Assembly: GCA_963748215.1 (NCBI GenBank)
Contig: CAVVHS010000006.1
Span: forward strand, 832,001 to 896,000
DNA length: 64,000 nucleotides
Direction: 5' to 3'
DNA from: an uncultured Gammaproteobacteria bacterium
GTDB taxonomy: Bacteria; Pseudomonadota; Gammaproteobacteria; UBA9214
The notes beneath the pieces were generated by a model. That model was not told the DNA's origin. It searched no databases and saw nothing but the letters and a program-made list of their open reading frames with translations. Positions 43,302-52,515 of this stretch are shown in pieces. A program made the position numbers and the translations under genes. Numbering within the stretch: position 1 is the stretch's first letter; every line of letters begins with the position of its first letter.

Positions 43302-44033
43302 GTGCGCGCACTACTTCTCCTGGCGGCAATTGCCGGGCTCTATCTCGCGTTTCGCTGGTTCCTGACACAACCACGGAGAACCCAGCTTCAGGCGACTGCA
43401 GTGGCCGTCGGCCTCGCGCTGATAGGTTTGGCGGCAACCGGGCGCCTGAACTGGGTGTTCGCAATCTTCGGTGCCCTGCTGCCATTCGTGCGCCGTTTGC
43501 TGCCACTGGCGTCCTACCTGCCGACCTTTCAGCGGGTCTACAGACACTTCAAGAGCGCACGATCCACAGCAGGACAGTCTGCTGGCCAGCAGTCAAAAGT
43601 TGAAACCCGCTTTGTCAGCATGACCCTAGATCACGACACGGGTGAGATGAACGGTAGCGTTCTTGAAGGCCGGTTCGCCGGCAAGGATTTAAAGGCGCTT
43701 TCACTCGACCAACTGGTTGAACTGCTGGCCGAGTGCGTACACGAAGACGAAGAATCGGCAGCACTCTTGCGCGCTTATTTGGACCGGGTGCATGGTGACG
43801 AATGGCAAAAGCGGGAGCAGTCCGAAGCAGGTAATAAGGCCACGGGATTTTCAGCCGAAATGACACGTCACGAGGCCTATGAGATTCTGGGTCTCGATGT
43901 AGGGGCCAGCGAGGAACAGATCATAGAGGCGCACCGGAGACTCATGCAGAAAATCCATCCAGACCGCGGCGGTTCCACCTTCCTGGCATCCAAGATTAAT
44001 CAAGCCAAGCGCCTGCTGCTTGGCAATGGGTAA
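43302..44033 (+). CDS. Membrane protein with C-terminal DnaJ domain
   Basis: AYEILGL...AHRRLMQKIHPDRGGS. Confidence 0.9.
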   Translation: MRALLLLAAIAGLYLAFRWFLTQPRRTQLQATAVAVGLALIGLAATGRLNWVFAIFGALLPFVRRLLPLASYLPTFQRVYRHFKSARSTAGQSAGQQSKVETRFVSMTLDHDTGEMNGSVLEGRFAGKDLKALSLDQLVELLAECVHEDEESAALLRAYLDRVHGDEWQKREQSEAGNKATGFSAEMTRHEAYEILGLDVGASEEQIIEAHRRLMQKIHPDRGGSTFLASKINQAKRLLLGNG

Positions 44034-44149
44034 TCGCGGAACCGGAAGTGAATACGTCCCCGCAGGGTCAAAATACACATCCCACTCGCTCGGCTAGTGT
44101 AGGTCGTCAAACAGTTTGTAACTTATAAACACAGGGAATATAGCTGTTG

Positions 44150-44592
44150 CGTGACGTCCAAAATCGCTCCCGGCGATTTTGTCGAACTGTGGAGCCCGAC
44201 TCAGCCCTCGCACAAGCCAAACACAAAACCGGCCTGGAGGCCGGTTTTGTGTTTGGCTTGCCCGGAGAGATTACTCGGCCAAATTCTACTCGGGGCATTA
44301 CTGCCCCTCGCGCCCCTGCGGGGCCGCCGGCAAAGCCGGCGTTCTCGGCAATTGCTCCCTGCATTGCTCTACCTCCTGCATGGCCCAGGCCAGCCTCTCG
44401 ACCGGTTTCCGGTCTCACCTCCTCCCTGCAGTCGTGCGCCGCTGCGCGGCTCGTCGAACTCAACTGAATAGATACGTCGGGAGTTCGAATACCTGCCAGT
44501 ACTTCAAACACACAGAAGCCCGCGCAAGGCGGGCTTCTGTGTGTTTGGCGCGCCCGGAGAGATTCGAACTCCCGACCGCCTGGTTCGCAGCC
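44150..44592 (-). repeat. Tandem tRNA-linked repeat units ending in an uninterrupted tRNA-Arg 3' half (44546-44592); site 6
   Basis: Interrupted copy at 44254, intact copy at 44546, terminator-like hairpins at 44216-44257 and 44506-44545. Confidence 0.85.
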
Positions 44593-44813
44593 CTAAATCA
44601 AGGGCTATATCATATTATACAGTCACTTGCGGCGTTTGCCCCTCTCATGCCGCAGTTGACTTATCAATCACTTACGGTTGAGCGTACTTTCAAGTTAGCA
44701 CAAATCTGGCACACTCCACGCAGCAGAATTCCGGTTATTCTCTCCAGAAATTGTATAGACGTCCAATATACAATAATGTATATTGATCATCTATACAACT
44801 GGAGACTATTCCG

Positions 44814-45092
44814 ATGACTGAAACACAGAACCGTGCAGCACCGATTAATATCCGCGCCCGCCCAACTCAGCGTAACCTGATCGACAAGGCCGCTGCGATG
44901 CTCAACAAGAATCGCTCGGACTTCATGCTGGAAGCGGCCTGCCGTGAGGCCGAGAACGTCTTGCTCGACCAGCGCCTTTTCCTGGTCGACGACAAGGCCT
45001 GGCAGGCATTCGAGACACTCATTGATGCGCCGGTCAAAGACAACCCCGCGCTGCGCAAACTGTTACATGACAAGGCCCCATGGGAGAAGTAA
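44814..45092 (+). CDS. DUF1778 RHH antitoxin (TacA/AtaR-like)
   Basis: INIR....R.LID.AA....NRSDFMLEAA; palindrome TTGTATA-N9-TATACAA at 44751-44773. Confidence 0.9.
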   Translation: MTETQNRAAPINIRARPTQRNLIDKAAAMLNKNRSDFMLEAACREAENVLLDQRLFLVDDKAWQAFETLIDAPVKDNPALRKLLHDKAPWEK

Positions 45093-45574
45093 CGGCGCCG
45101 GAGCCGATTACAGCGACTCACCTCATTGAGTCGTTCTCATGCGGTGTCCCGGTGCTGGATGACTGGCTTAAACGCCGCGCGCTCAAGAACGAAGTTTCCG
45201 GCGCATCCCGCACCTTCGTCATTTGCCAGGATTCGCAGGTCATCGGTTATTACACGCTGGCCACTGGCAGTATCGAACATCGCAATACACCAGGGAAAAT
45301 ACGCCGCAACATGCCGAATCCGATACCGGTGATGGTGATCGGAAGACTTGCCGTCGATCAGCGGTGGCAGCAGGCAGGCCTGGGTCGCGGCCTGCTGAAA
45401 GATGCCCTGTTGCGCACCCTGTCGGTTTCGAAACAGGCAGGCATCCGGGCATTACTGGTGCATACTCTCTCGGAAGATGCAAAGCACTTCTACACCCGTA
45501 GCGGGTTTATCGAATCTCCGCTTGATCCAATGACCTTGATTATTGCACTGCAGGATGCTGCACATTGCCTGTAG
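45080..45574 (+). CDS. GNAT acetyltransferase toxin (TacT/AtaT-like)
   Basis: FSCG..LDDWLKRRA, GRLAVD..WQQAGLGRGLL. Confidence 0.9.
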   Translation: MGEVTAPEPITATHLIESFSCGVPVLDDWLKRRALKNEVSGASRTFVICQDSQVIGYYTLATGSIEHRNTPGKIRRNMPNPIPVMVIGRLAVDQRWQQAGLGRGLLKDALLRTLSVSKQAGIRALLVHTLSEDAKHFYTRSGFIESPLDPMTLIIALQDAAHCL

Positions 45575-45809
45575 CGGCGCGCACGGATAAGACCGTGGAA
45601 ACCGGTCGAACAATGTGGAACGCTATGCTGCGACAAGCTGTGATACGGGTAAAGCCCAACTATTTCGCATTACCCGAAGTCGAATGTGAACATTACCAGC
45701 TGCAGTTGAATGCAGATGATAAAGTCAATACTACAGAGGAGCAGGCCGCGGTACTGGACAGATTTGAGGATAGTCTGTATCTGTTATTGAATAGCATGCT
45801 TTTGCCCTT

Positions 45810-46193
45810 ATGGCATTGACCAAGGAACAATCTTTACGCGAGGCAATCACCCGCGAAGAAGCTCAACTCGCTGAGATTGCACACAGACAGGATGAGAGCC
45901 GAAAACGGTTGGCAGCACCTAAGGAAGAGCTTGCCACCGTGGAATCACCGCATGTAGCTCCTTTCGCCTCTGCAATACACCCTGGCGCCGACGTACCAAC
46001 CACCGCCGAAGGAAAAATCTCATTATTCCGTCAACTATTCCGCGGCCGGGATGATGTATTTCCATTGCTCTGGGTAAGTACAAAGACCGGTCGGAAAGGG
46101 TATTCACCAGCCTGCAGCAATGAATGGGTACGTGGCGTCTGCGAAAAACCCCGTGTGAAAGAGAGCATTTGTCTATTTAAACCGATATTTTAG
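45810..46193 (+). pseudogene. N-terminal fragment of an AEP-primase/helicase (TOTE-type) protein
   Basis: KISLFRQLFRGRDDVF..W...TGRKGYSPACSNEW..GVCEKP, truncated afterwards. Confidence 0.6.
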
Positions 46194-46254
46194 AATCAGA
46201 GTTAAATCTGAATGTCTCCTTTGTACGAATATGCTCACTTTTAGAGATTAACTG

Positions 46255-46390
46255 CCAATGTCTTCGATTACATCGAAATGTTCTACAATCGTACCCGTCG
46301 GCACAGCCATCTTGGCGGGGTCAGTCCGGAGGCATTTGAAAGTGCCTCAAAATGAGGCTGGGAAGTGTCTACTGTATCGGGGGTAGTCCA
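46255..46390 (+). pseudogene. IS3-family 3' remnant
   Basis: [23 protein letters not shown]; end ...GGGGTAGTCCA. Confidence 0.75.
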
Positions 46391-46753
46391 TTACGCAATA
46401 AGACACTCGTAGGGGATCTTCAAACCTTCATGCAATTTCCGGATCATTGTTAGCGTCAAACTTCGCTTTTTACTCAGCACCTCAGACACACGCCCACTTG
46501 TTCCGATATACGGCTCCAGATCTTTGCGCGACAAGCTGTTCTGCTCCATCAAGAACTTGATCGCTTCTATTGGGTCCGAGGCAGGAATTGCATAGTGCTC
46601 ATCTTCATATTTCTCAACGATCAGCATCAAGACATCCAGCTCATCGCCTCTTGGTGTATTGGGTTTTGCACCCCACAGCTCATCGATACGCTTTAACGCA
46701 CGGTTCAGCTCACGGTCATTTTTAACAGGCTTCAGTTTCATAATAAACCTCAA
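46391..46753 (-). CDS. higA: HigA antitoxin (HTH)
   Basis: DPIEAIKFLMEQ...RVSEVLSKKRSLTLTMIRKLH. Confidence 0.9.
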   Translation of the reverse strand: MRFIMKLKPVKNDRELNRALKRIDELWGAKPNTPRGDELDVLMLIVEKYEDEHYAIPASDPIEAIKFLMEQNSLSRKDLEPYIGTSGRVSEVLSKKRSLTLTMIRKLHEGLKIPYECLIA

Positions 46754-47061
46754 ATATGTTCAATATCCTCGATCTCGTCATATTCCTTATGGGTCCCCAC
46801 AAATCGAATAAGCATTCCATGCCGAACATAATCCATAAGCACAACAATTCTGTATTTGTTACCGCATAGGTTAAATACAACACGGTTGTTCTTTAAGATG
46901 CTCGCATTACGCAAGTCAGCCTTTAATTTGTGTGGCGTATTCCATTTTGCAGTTGCACAGTAGTTGTACCACTCCGTCATTTGCTTCTTTGCATCTCTGT
47001 ATTTCGGGCTACTCTCCCAAAATTTCCGCAGCATGGACTTTGCGATCACCCTCATCAACAT
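46750..47061 (-). CDS. higB: HigB toxin
   Basis: RVVFNLCGNKYR, IRFVGTHKEYD. Confidence 0.9.
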   Translation of the reverse strand: MLMRVIAKSMLRKFWESSPKYRDAKKQMTEWYNYCATAKWNTPHKLKADLRNASILKNNRVVFNLCGNKYRIVVLMDYVRHGMLIRFVGTHKEYDEIEDIEHI

Positions 47062-47070
47062 ACCCTATCA

Positions 47071-47112
47071 TGCTCCCATCATGGGAGCAATCAGAAATAT
47101 CCCAATATGGGA
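47071..47112. promoter_or_regulatory. Putative HigA operator palindromes
   Basis: TGCTCCCAT-C-ATGGGAGCA (47071-47089) and TCCCA-ATA-TGGGA (47100-47112). Confidence 0.65.
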
Positions 47113-47433
47113 GGTTTTTACTTCAGACCGGTGACGTCATGCAACAATGGGAACAGGGAAACCACGACTGTATCAGTACCTGAAGCGGGTTTTCACCACA
47201 CTGCCAGCTGAATCTCCACCCAGACGTGCTAACTTCAGCAACTCATTTTCCGGATCACATTGACGCCGATTTTTTGGAACCCTGTCAGTCACTTGATCAC
47301 GGATGCCGTATACACAGGGAAGGTATGCAATGACAGCACCTGTCCAATTAAATGGATGTTTTTAGCTCTATTGGACAGTCACAAAAAAACCGGCCTAGCA
47401 GAACGCTATAATCAGTTGATTTAAATAGTAAAA

Positions 47434-47610
47434 TGGCGCGCCCGGAGAGATTACTCGGGGTTTTGCCCCTCGCCCCTGCGGGGCCGCCGGCAAAGCCGGC
47501 GTTCTGCGCTCCCTGCGGTCGCTGGTCGAACTCAACTGAATAGATACGTCGGGAGTTCGAACCTCTGATGTACCGATAAACCAAAAGACCCGCGCAAGGC
47601 GGGTCTTTTG
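47434..47610 (-). repeat. tRNA-linked repeat unit / att-like site 7
   Basis: One mismatch versus the unit at 52160; IHF consensus AATCAACTGATTA at 47409-47421 (- strand). Confidence 0.88.
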
Positions 47611-47737
47611 TGTAGTACCTGAGAGATAGCATACAGACTATACCGGAGACATGGTTTACACATAAGGGCATTGGGGGGGATCCCGGATGCCATGGAAAGA
47701 GTGTAAACCGATGGATGAACGCCTAAAGTTTGTAGCC
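47611..47737 (+). mobile_element. IS481-family left-end fragment
   Basis: TGT terminus; MPWKECKPMDERLKFVA. Confidence 0.8.
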
Positions 47738-47961
47738 CCAATCAACGGGATATATTACTCTAACTTACAGTCACTTACGGCGCCTGCCCATCCAATGCCG
47801 CAGTTGACTTATCAATCAGTTACAGCTCACTGTGCATTCGAGTTAGCACAAATCTGGCACACTCCACGTAGTGTAATTCCGGTTATTCTCTCCAGAAATT
47901 GTATAGACCATCGATATACAGTGATGTATATTGATTATCTATACAACAGGAGACTACCCCA

Positions 47962-48240
47962 ATGGCTGAAACACAGAACCGCGCGGCACCGATTAATATC
48001 CGTGCCCGCGCGACGCAGCGCAACCTGATTGATAAGGCCGCTGCGATACTCAACAAGAATCGCTCGGACTTCATGCTGGAAGCGGCCTGCCGTGAGGCCG
48101 AGAACGTCTTGCTCGACCAGCGCCTCTTCCTGGTCGACGACAAGGCTCGGCAGGCATTCGAGGCACTCATCGACGCGCCGGTCAAAGACAACCCCGCGCT
48201 GCGCAAACTGTTACATGACAAGGCGCCATGGGAGAAGTAA
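47962..48240 (+). CDS. DUF1778 antitoxin, second copy
   Basis: Close paralogue of 44814-45092. Confidence 0.9.
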   Translation: MAETQNRAAPINIRARATQRNLIDKAAAILNKNRSDFMLEAACREAENVLLDQRLFLVDDKARQAFEALIDAPVKDNPALRKLLHDKAPWEK

Positions 48241-48722
48241 CGGCGCCGGAGCCAATTACCGAGACTCACCTCACTGAATCATTCTCGTGCGGCATCCCGG
48301 TGCTGGATGAATGGCTCAAACGCCGCGCACTCAAGAATGAAGTTTCCGGCGCATCCCGCACCTTCGTCATTTGCCAGGATTCGCAGGTCATCGGTTATTA
48401 CACGCTGGCCACTGGAAGTATCGAACATCGCAATGCTCCAGGAAAAATACACCGCAACATGCCGAATCCGATACCGGTGATGGTGCTCGGAAGACTCGCC
48501 GTCGATCAGCGGTGGCAGCAGGCAGGACTGGGGCGGGGTCTGCTGAAAGATGCCCTGTTACGCACCCTGTCGGTGTCGAAACAGGCAGGCATTCGGGCGT
48601 TACTGGTGCATACGCTCTCGGAAGATGCAAAGCGCTTCTACACCCGTAGCGGGTTTATCGAATCTCCACTTGACCCCATGACCTTGGTGATTGCGTTGCA
48701 GGATGCTGCACATTGCCTGTAG
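48228..48722 (+). CDS. GNAT toxin, second copy
   Basis: Close paralogue of 45080-45574. Confidence 0.9.
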   Translation: MGEVTAPEPITETHLTESFSCGIPVLDEWLKRRALKNEVSGASRTFVICQDSQVIGYYTLATGSIEHRNAPGKIHRNMPNPIPVMVLGRLAVDQRWQQAGLGRGLLKDALLRTLSVSKQAGIRALLVHTLSEDAKRFYTRSGFIESPLDPMTLVIALQDAAHCL

Positions 48723-48878
48723 CGGCGCACATGGATAAGACCGTGGAAACCTGTCGAATAATGTGGAACGCTATGCTGCGACAAGCTGTGATACGGGTAA
48801 AGCCCTACTATTTTGCATTACCTGTGCATGGCGAATTACGAGTTTGTACCATGAAAGAGGCGGGCCTTCTTGTTTATA

Positions 48879-48989
48879 TCGCGCGCCCGGAGAGATTACT
48901 CGGCCAAATTCTTCTCGGGGCATTACTGCCCCTCGCACCCTGCGGGCCGCCGCCTTCGGTGGCTTGTCGAACTCAGCTGAATAGATACG
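48879..48989 (-). repeat. Truncated tRNA-linked repeat / att-like site 8
   Basis: GCGCGCCCGGAGAGATT-ACTC...TTGT-CGAACTCAGCTGAATAGATACG. Confidence 0.8.
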
Positions 48990-49099
48990 AGAATAAGGTG
49001 ACGGAGGCGTTTTATTCCTTCACGCATGAAAAGAAATAGTGTCAGAGCACATTTTCTCATTATATTCGCGGAAAATGTGCTCTGACACCAATTAGCAGA

Positions 49100-49663
49100 T
49101 CAGAAATCGTAACGTCCGCTGATGTATGGCCCGTCCAGCTCCTGGTCGGAGGCAGCGCCTACCGCCAGGGACATCTGCGGCGCTGGATAGAAGCGTACAC
49201 CGGCCTTGATACCCAGCTCGTCGTCATCCCAGAAGTCGTTGGAGATGTACGAGATGTCACCTTCCAGGTGCAGGTTCTGCTGCAGCGCATAGCGGAGGCC
49301 GCCGCGCAGCAGCACGCCGGTGTCGTCATTGTTGCCGAACCCGAAGTCCGCATCGGCATTGATCAGCTGCACGCTGCCGACAAAATCCAACTGGTTGTTT
49401 AGCGGGGTGTGAAACTGCACACCGATGGTGAAGATGTCCAGATCGCCGTCTGCTAATGGACCGCGGTCGAAATCCATCGCGTAATAGGAACCGATAATGC
49501 CGAAGCCCTGGTTAAGATCGACGGCACCACCGATGAACAGGCCGTCGCCATCGCCCCGACCCTCGCCATAGCCGATTTCCACGTAGGTGTATCTGAAATC
49601 CCCGGCCATGGCCGGTGCGGTTGCCAGCAGTATCGCGCCGGCCAGAAGTGCCTTCTTGTTCAT
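49100..49663 (-). CDS. Small outer-membrane beta-barrel protein
   Basis: Signal peptide (AMA), alternating beta strands, terminal RYDF. Confidence 0.88.
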   Translation of the reverse strand: MNKKALLAGAILLATAPAMAGDFRYTYVEIGYGEGRGDGDGLFIGGAVDLNQGFGIIGSYYAMDFDRGPLADGDLDIFTIGVQFHTPLNNQLDFVGSVQLINADADFGFGNNDDTGVLLRGGLRYALQQNLHLEGDISYISNDFWDDDELGIKAGVRFYPAPQMSLAVGAASDQELDGPYISGRYDF

Positions 49664-50036
49664 GTGCGTCCCTCTACGAATGGTCTGAAATGCGCGGTTT
49701 GATTAGTGTACCTTAAACCAGCAGCCGCGTCGTTTGCGAACAGGTGTGCAAAGAATAAACACTTTTATGCAAGAATAAAGGGGACGGAGGAGTTATTTTC
49801 CAACTAATGGTGTCAGCACATTTTCTCCTTGATCGCGAAAAACCGACTCAAAGGGGACGGAGGATATAAAGTGGGGATTACTAAAGGGGACGGATGAGTT
49901 TTATTCATTCTGGGATTTCGCTTGAGAATATAACTCCTCCGTCCCCTATTACTCAATCCGCAGTTCGAGTAAAAAACCGAACAAGCCAGCTGTCATTGCA
50001 AAATTCTGAACACAGGCGATTCAATAGAGATTTGTA

Positions 50037-50744
50037 ATGGACAAACAAGCCCCACAATTCAATCCGGTATTGTTGTGGTTACGTTTTGTCATTCGCATGA
50101 GTTTATTTGCTCTCGCCCTGATGTGGCCGGCAGGCACCTGGCACTGGCGGGAAGCCTGGGTGGTGGTAGGACTGTGGTCACTCTTTGGCCTGGTCATGCA
50201 ACATTATCTGATGCACAACGACCCCGCCTTGTTAGCAGAGCGATTAAAGCTGGTTCCGATACACAAGGATCAGAAGACTTGGGACAAGGCACTCATGGCT
50301 ATATTTTTTATAGCAGGGATTTCACTTTATATCGTTCCCGGTTTTGATGTCGTGCGTTATGGCTGGAGTGAGCCATTACCCTTGTGGTTGAAGATAGTGG
50401 CCTTCACCATACACATTCCCTGTTTTATCGGTTTGGGATGGGTGATGCGTGAAAATACGTATCTGGCACAGGTTGTAAAAATTGACGAACAACGAGGTCA
50501 TCAGGTGATTACGACAGGTCCTTATGCATTGGTACGGCATCCAATGTATGCCATCGTTATCATTTTACTGTTCGCAGTGCCCGTAGCACTTGGATCACGC
50601 TATGCCCTGATCCTCTCCGTATTTTTAACACTATTATTGATTATACGAACATATCTTGAAGATCGGACTTTGCATGATGAACTTGATGGGTATGCAGCGT
50701 ATGCCAAACAAACCCCTTACAGGCTGATTCCTGGAATATGGTAA
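50037..50744 (+). CDS. Isoprenylcysteine carboxyl methyltransferase family membrane protein
   Basis: VITTGPYALVRHPMY, RTYLEDRTL..EL.GY..Y. Confidence 0.9.
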   Translation: MDKQAPQFNPVLLWLRFVIRMSLFALALMWPAGTWHWREAWVVVGLWSLFGLVMQHYLMHNDPALLAERLKLVPIHKDQKTWDKALMAIFFIAGISLYIVPGFDVVRYGWSEPLPLWLKIVAFTIHIPCFIGLGWVMRENTYLAQVVKIDEQRGHQVITTGPYALVRHPMYAIVIILLFAVPVALGSRYALILSVFLTLLLIIRTYLEDRTLHDELDGYAAYAKQTPYRLIPGIW

Positions 50745-50791
50745 ACCAATCAATGGGGTCAGACTCGATTGATTACAGAAGGCAGACTGCC

Positions 50792-51433
50792 ATGAAGAGA
50801 ACTTACTCGACGGCCAGGCACCCTCCCCTGCGTACCCTGCCAGGACTGGCTGTCATGGCACTCGTCGTGCTGCCGTTGCTCGCCTCCTGCGACGCCGTCT
50901 GCAAGGCTGTCTGCGAAACATCCCAACCCGCCGGGGAAATCGGCCAACCCAGGGATATCGGCTATGCCGTTCTGAAAAAGCTGCTCGACGACGAGCAGCA
51001 TGTCAAGACGCTCCGCATCGTCAAGTCCATCATCACCTTAAGCAAGGCCAGTGATCCGACAGCCGAGCTGATCGATGACATCGCCACGGTTTCCGCCCGG
51101 GGACTGGACGACCTGGAGACGCTGGTCGCACTCAGGCCCGCAATCAACCTGGACACGTCCAGCCAGGAGCAGCTCGGCAGCGACATTTTTAACGCATTGC
51201 GCGTGGCTACCGCCAGGGAACTGATCACCGCGACGGGTGACGACTTCGAACTCAGCCTCGTGCTCAGCCAGATCCAGGCGCTGCGCCTGATCGGCCAGTT
51301 ACTCAAGGAAATCCAGGAACTGGACCCGAACCCGAAGCGACAGGCCTGGCTTGCGCATCTGGCCAGTGACTACGAAACTCTTTACAGTCGTGCCGTTGCA
51401 CGCCTGTCAATCAATGGGGCCAGACTCGATTGA
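50792..51433 (+). CDS. Hypothetical helical lipoprotein
   Basis: Hydrophobic segment and LASC lipobox; start (MKRTYS) uncertain. Confidence 0.6.
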   Translation: MKRTYSTARHPPLRTLPGLAVMALVVLPLLASCDAVCKAVCETSQPAGEIGQPRDIGYAVLKKLLDDEQHVKTLRIVKSIITLSKASDPTAELIDDIATVSARGLDDLETLVALRPAINLDTSSQEQLGSDIFNALRVATARELITATGDDFELSLVLSQIQALRLIGQLLKEIQELDPNPKRQAWLAHLASDYETLYSRAVARLSINGARLD

Positions 51434-51464
51434 TCTGACAACCTTGACCGGAATAAAGGGGACG

Positions 51465-51645
51465 GCGTATAGGAAGCATAACCCACGTATTTCGCGAGAA
51501 TCCACCCGGGAACCGGCCTTCTCACCGGCATCCCTGCCCCTGAATCCCCGCACTCCAGCCGCCTGCAGGCCGCTCCCGGCCCTCTGCCACCGGCTTCCGC
51601 TGGCCTCCTCCTTTTTGTAACAGACATGGCCCGGCCCACCCACCG
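51465..51645 (-). mobile_element. Orphan IS91/ISCR oriIS fragment (third copy)
   Basis: Homologous to 12437-12614; no transposase sequence. Confidence 0.82.
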
Positions 51646-51804
51646 GGTATTCAGGGGACGGTTACTAATTTCCACTCAATGCCCCGAACATTTACCTGTC
51701 TCGACTGAGTGCTTGTAAACGGACATCTGTTGCCGCATGGAAAATATTCCTCTGCGCCCGTAAAACTCAGATAAATAGGTATACTGTCCCCTGACTCTTC
51801 GCCG

Positions 51805-52388
51805 CCATCGCGGCTCGTCGAACGCAACCGATTAGATAAGTCGGGAGTTCGAATACCATTCCAGACCTCAAACAAACAAAAGCCCGCACAAGGCGGGGCT
51901 CGGTTGTTTTGTGCGCGACCAGAACGAGCGTAGCGAGTTCAGGAAGTACTTGATGAAACGCCGCAGGCGGTTCTGAAGTACCCGGAGAGATTACTCGGGG
52001 CTGCGCCCCTCGCCCTGCGGGCCGCCGCCGCTGCGCGTCGACGTTCTGCGCTCCCTGCGGTCGCTGGTCGAACTCAACTGAATAGACACGTCGGGAGTTC
52101 GAACCTCTGGTAAACCGATAAACCAAAAGACCCGCGCAAGGCGGGTCTTTTGGTTTATATGGCGCGCCCGGAGAGATTACTCGGGGCTTTGCCCCTCGCC
52201 CCTGCGGGGCCGCCGGCAAAGCCGGCGTTCTGCGCTCCCTGCGGTCGCTGGTCGAACTCAACTGAATAGATACGTCGGGAGTTCGAACCTCTGATGTACC
52301 GATAAACCAAAAGACCCGCGCAAGGCGGGTCTTTTGGTTTATATGGCGCGCCCGGAGAGATTCGAACTCCCGACCGCCTGGTTCGTAG
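51805..52388 (-). repeat. About three tandem 184-186 bp tRNA-linked repeats ending in an intact tRNA-Arg(ACG) 3' half (52344-52388); site 9
   Basis: Reverse strand reads CTACGAACCAGGCGGTCGGGAGTTCGAATCTCTCCGGGCGCGCCA; period 52160 to 52344. Confidence 0.9.
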
Positions 52389-52515
52389 TTAGCAAGTGAA
52401 TCGCTAACTTTTTGTTTCTTAAAGTAGATTACTGGAATGCCCGTTGCCCATTTTGCCTAACAAAGCAGGACGATGCATAACTGAATCCCGCAAAAGTCCC
52501 GCAAGCCATTTCATG

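Noticed and set aside
44107-44817. Recurrent short ORFs such as PERLLGQILLGALL and GEITRPNSTRG (also near 15961, 26744, 42038, 48713, 51767)
   Set aside because: Translations of the non-coding tRNA-linked repeats; starts and frames are not conserved.
48990-51800. Classical integron attC cassette array
   Set aside because: No RYYYAAC...GTTRRRY structures or intI were recognised and gene orientations differ; reported instead as a different repeat class.
51805-52388. CRISPR array or functional tRNA-Arg genes
   Set aside because: Units are near-identical without spacers, and only 3' halves are present, with no D-arm or 5' acceptor strand.
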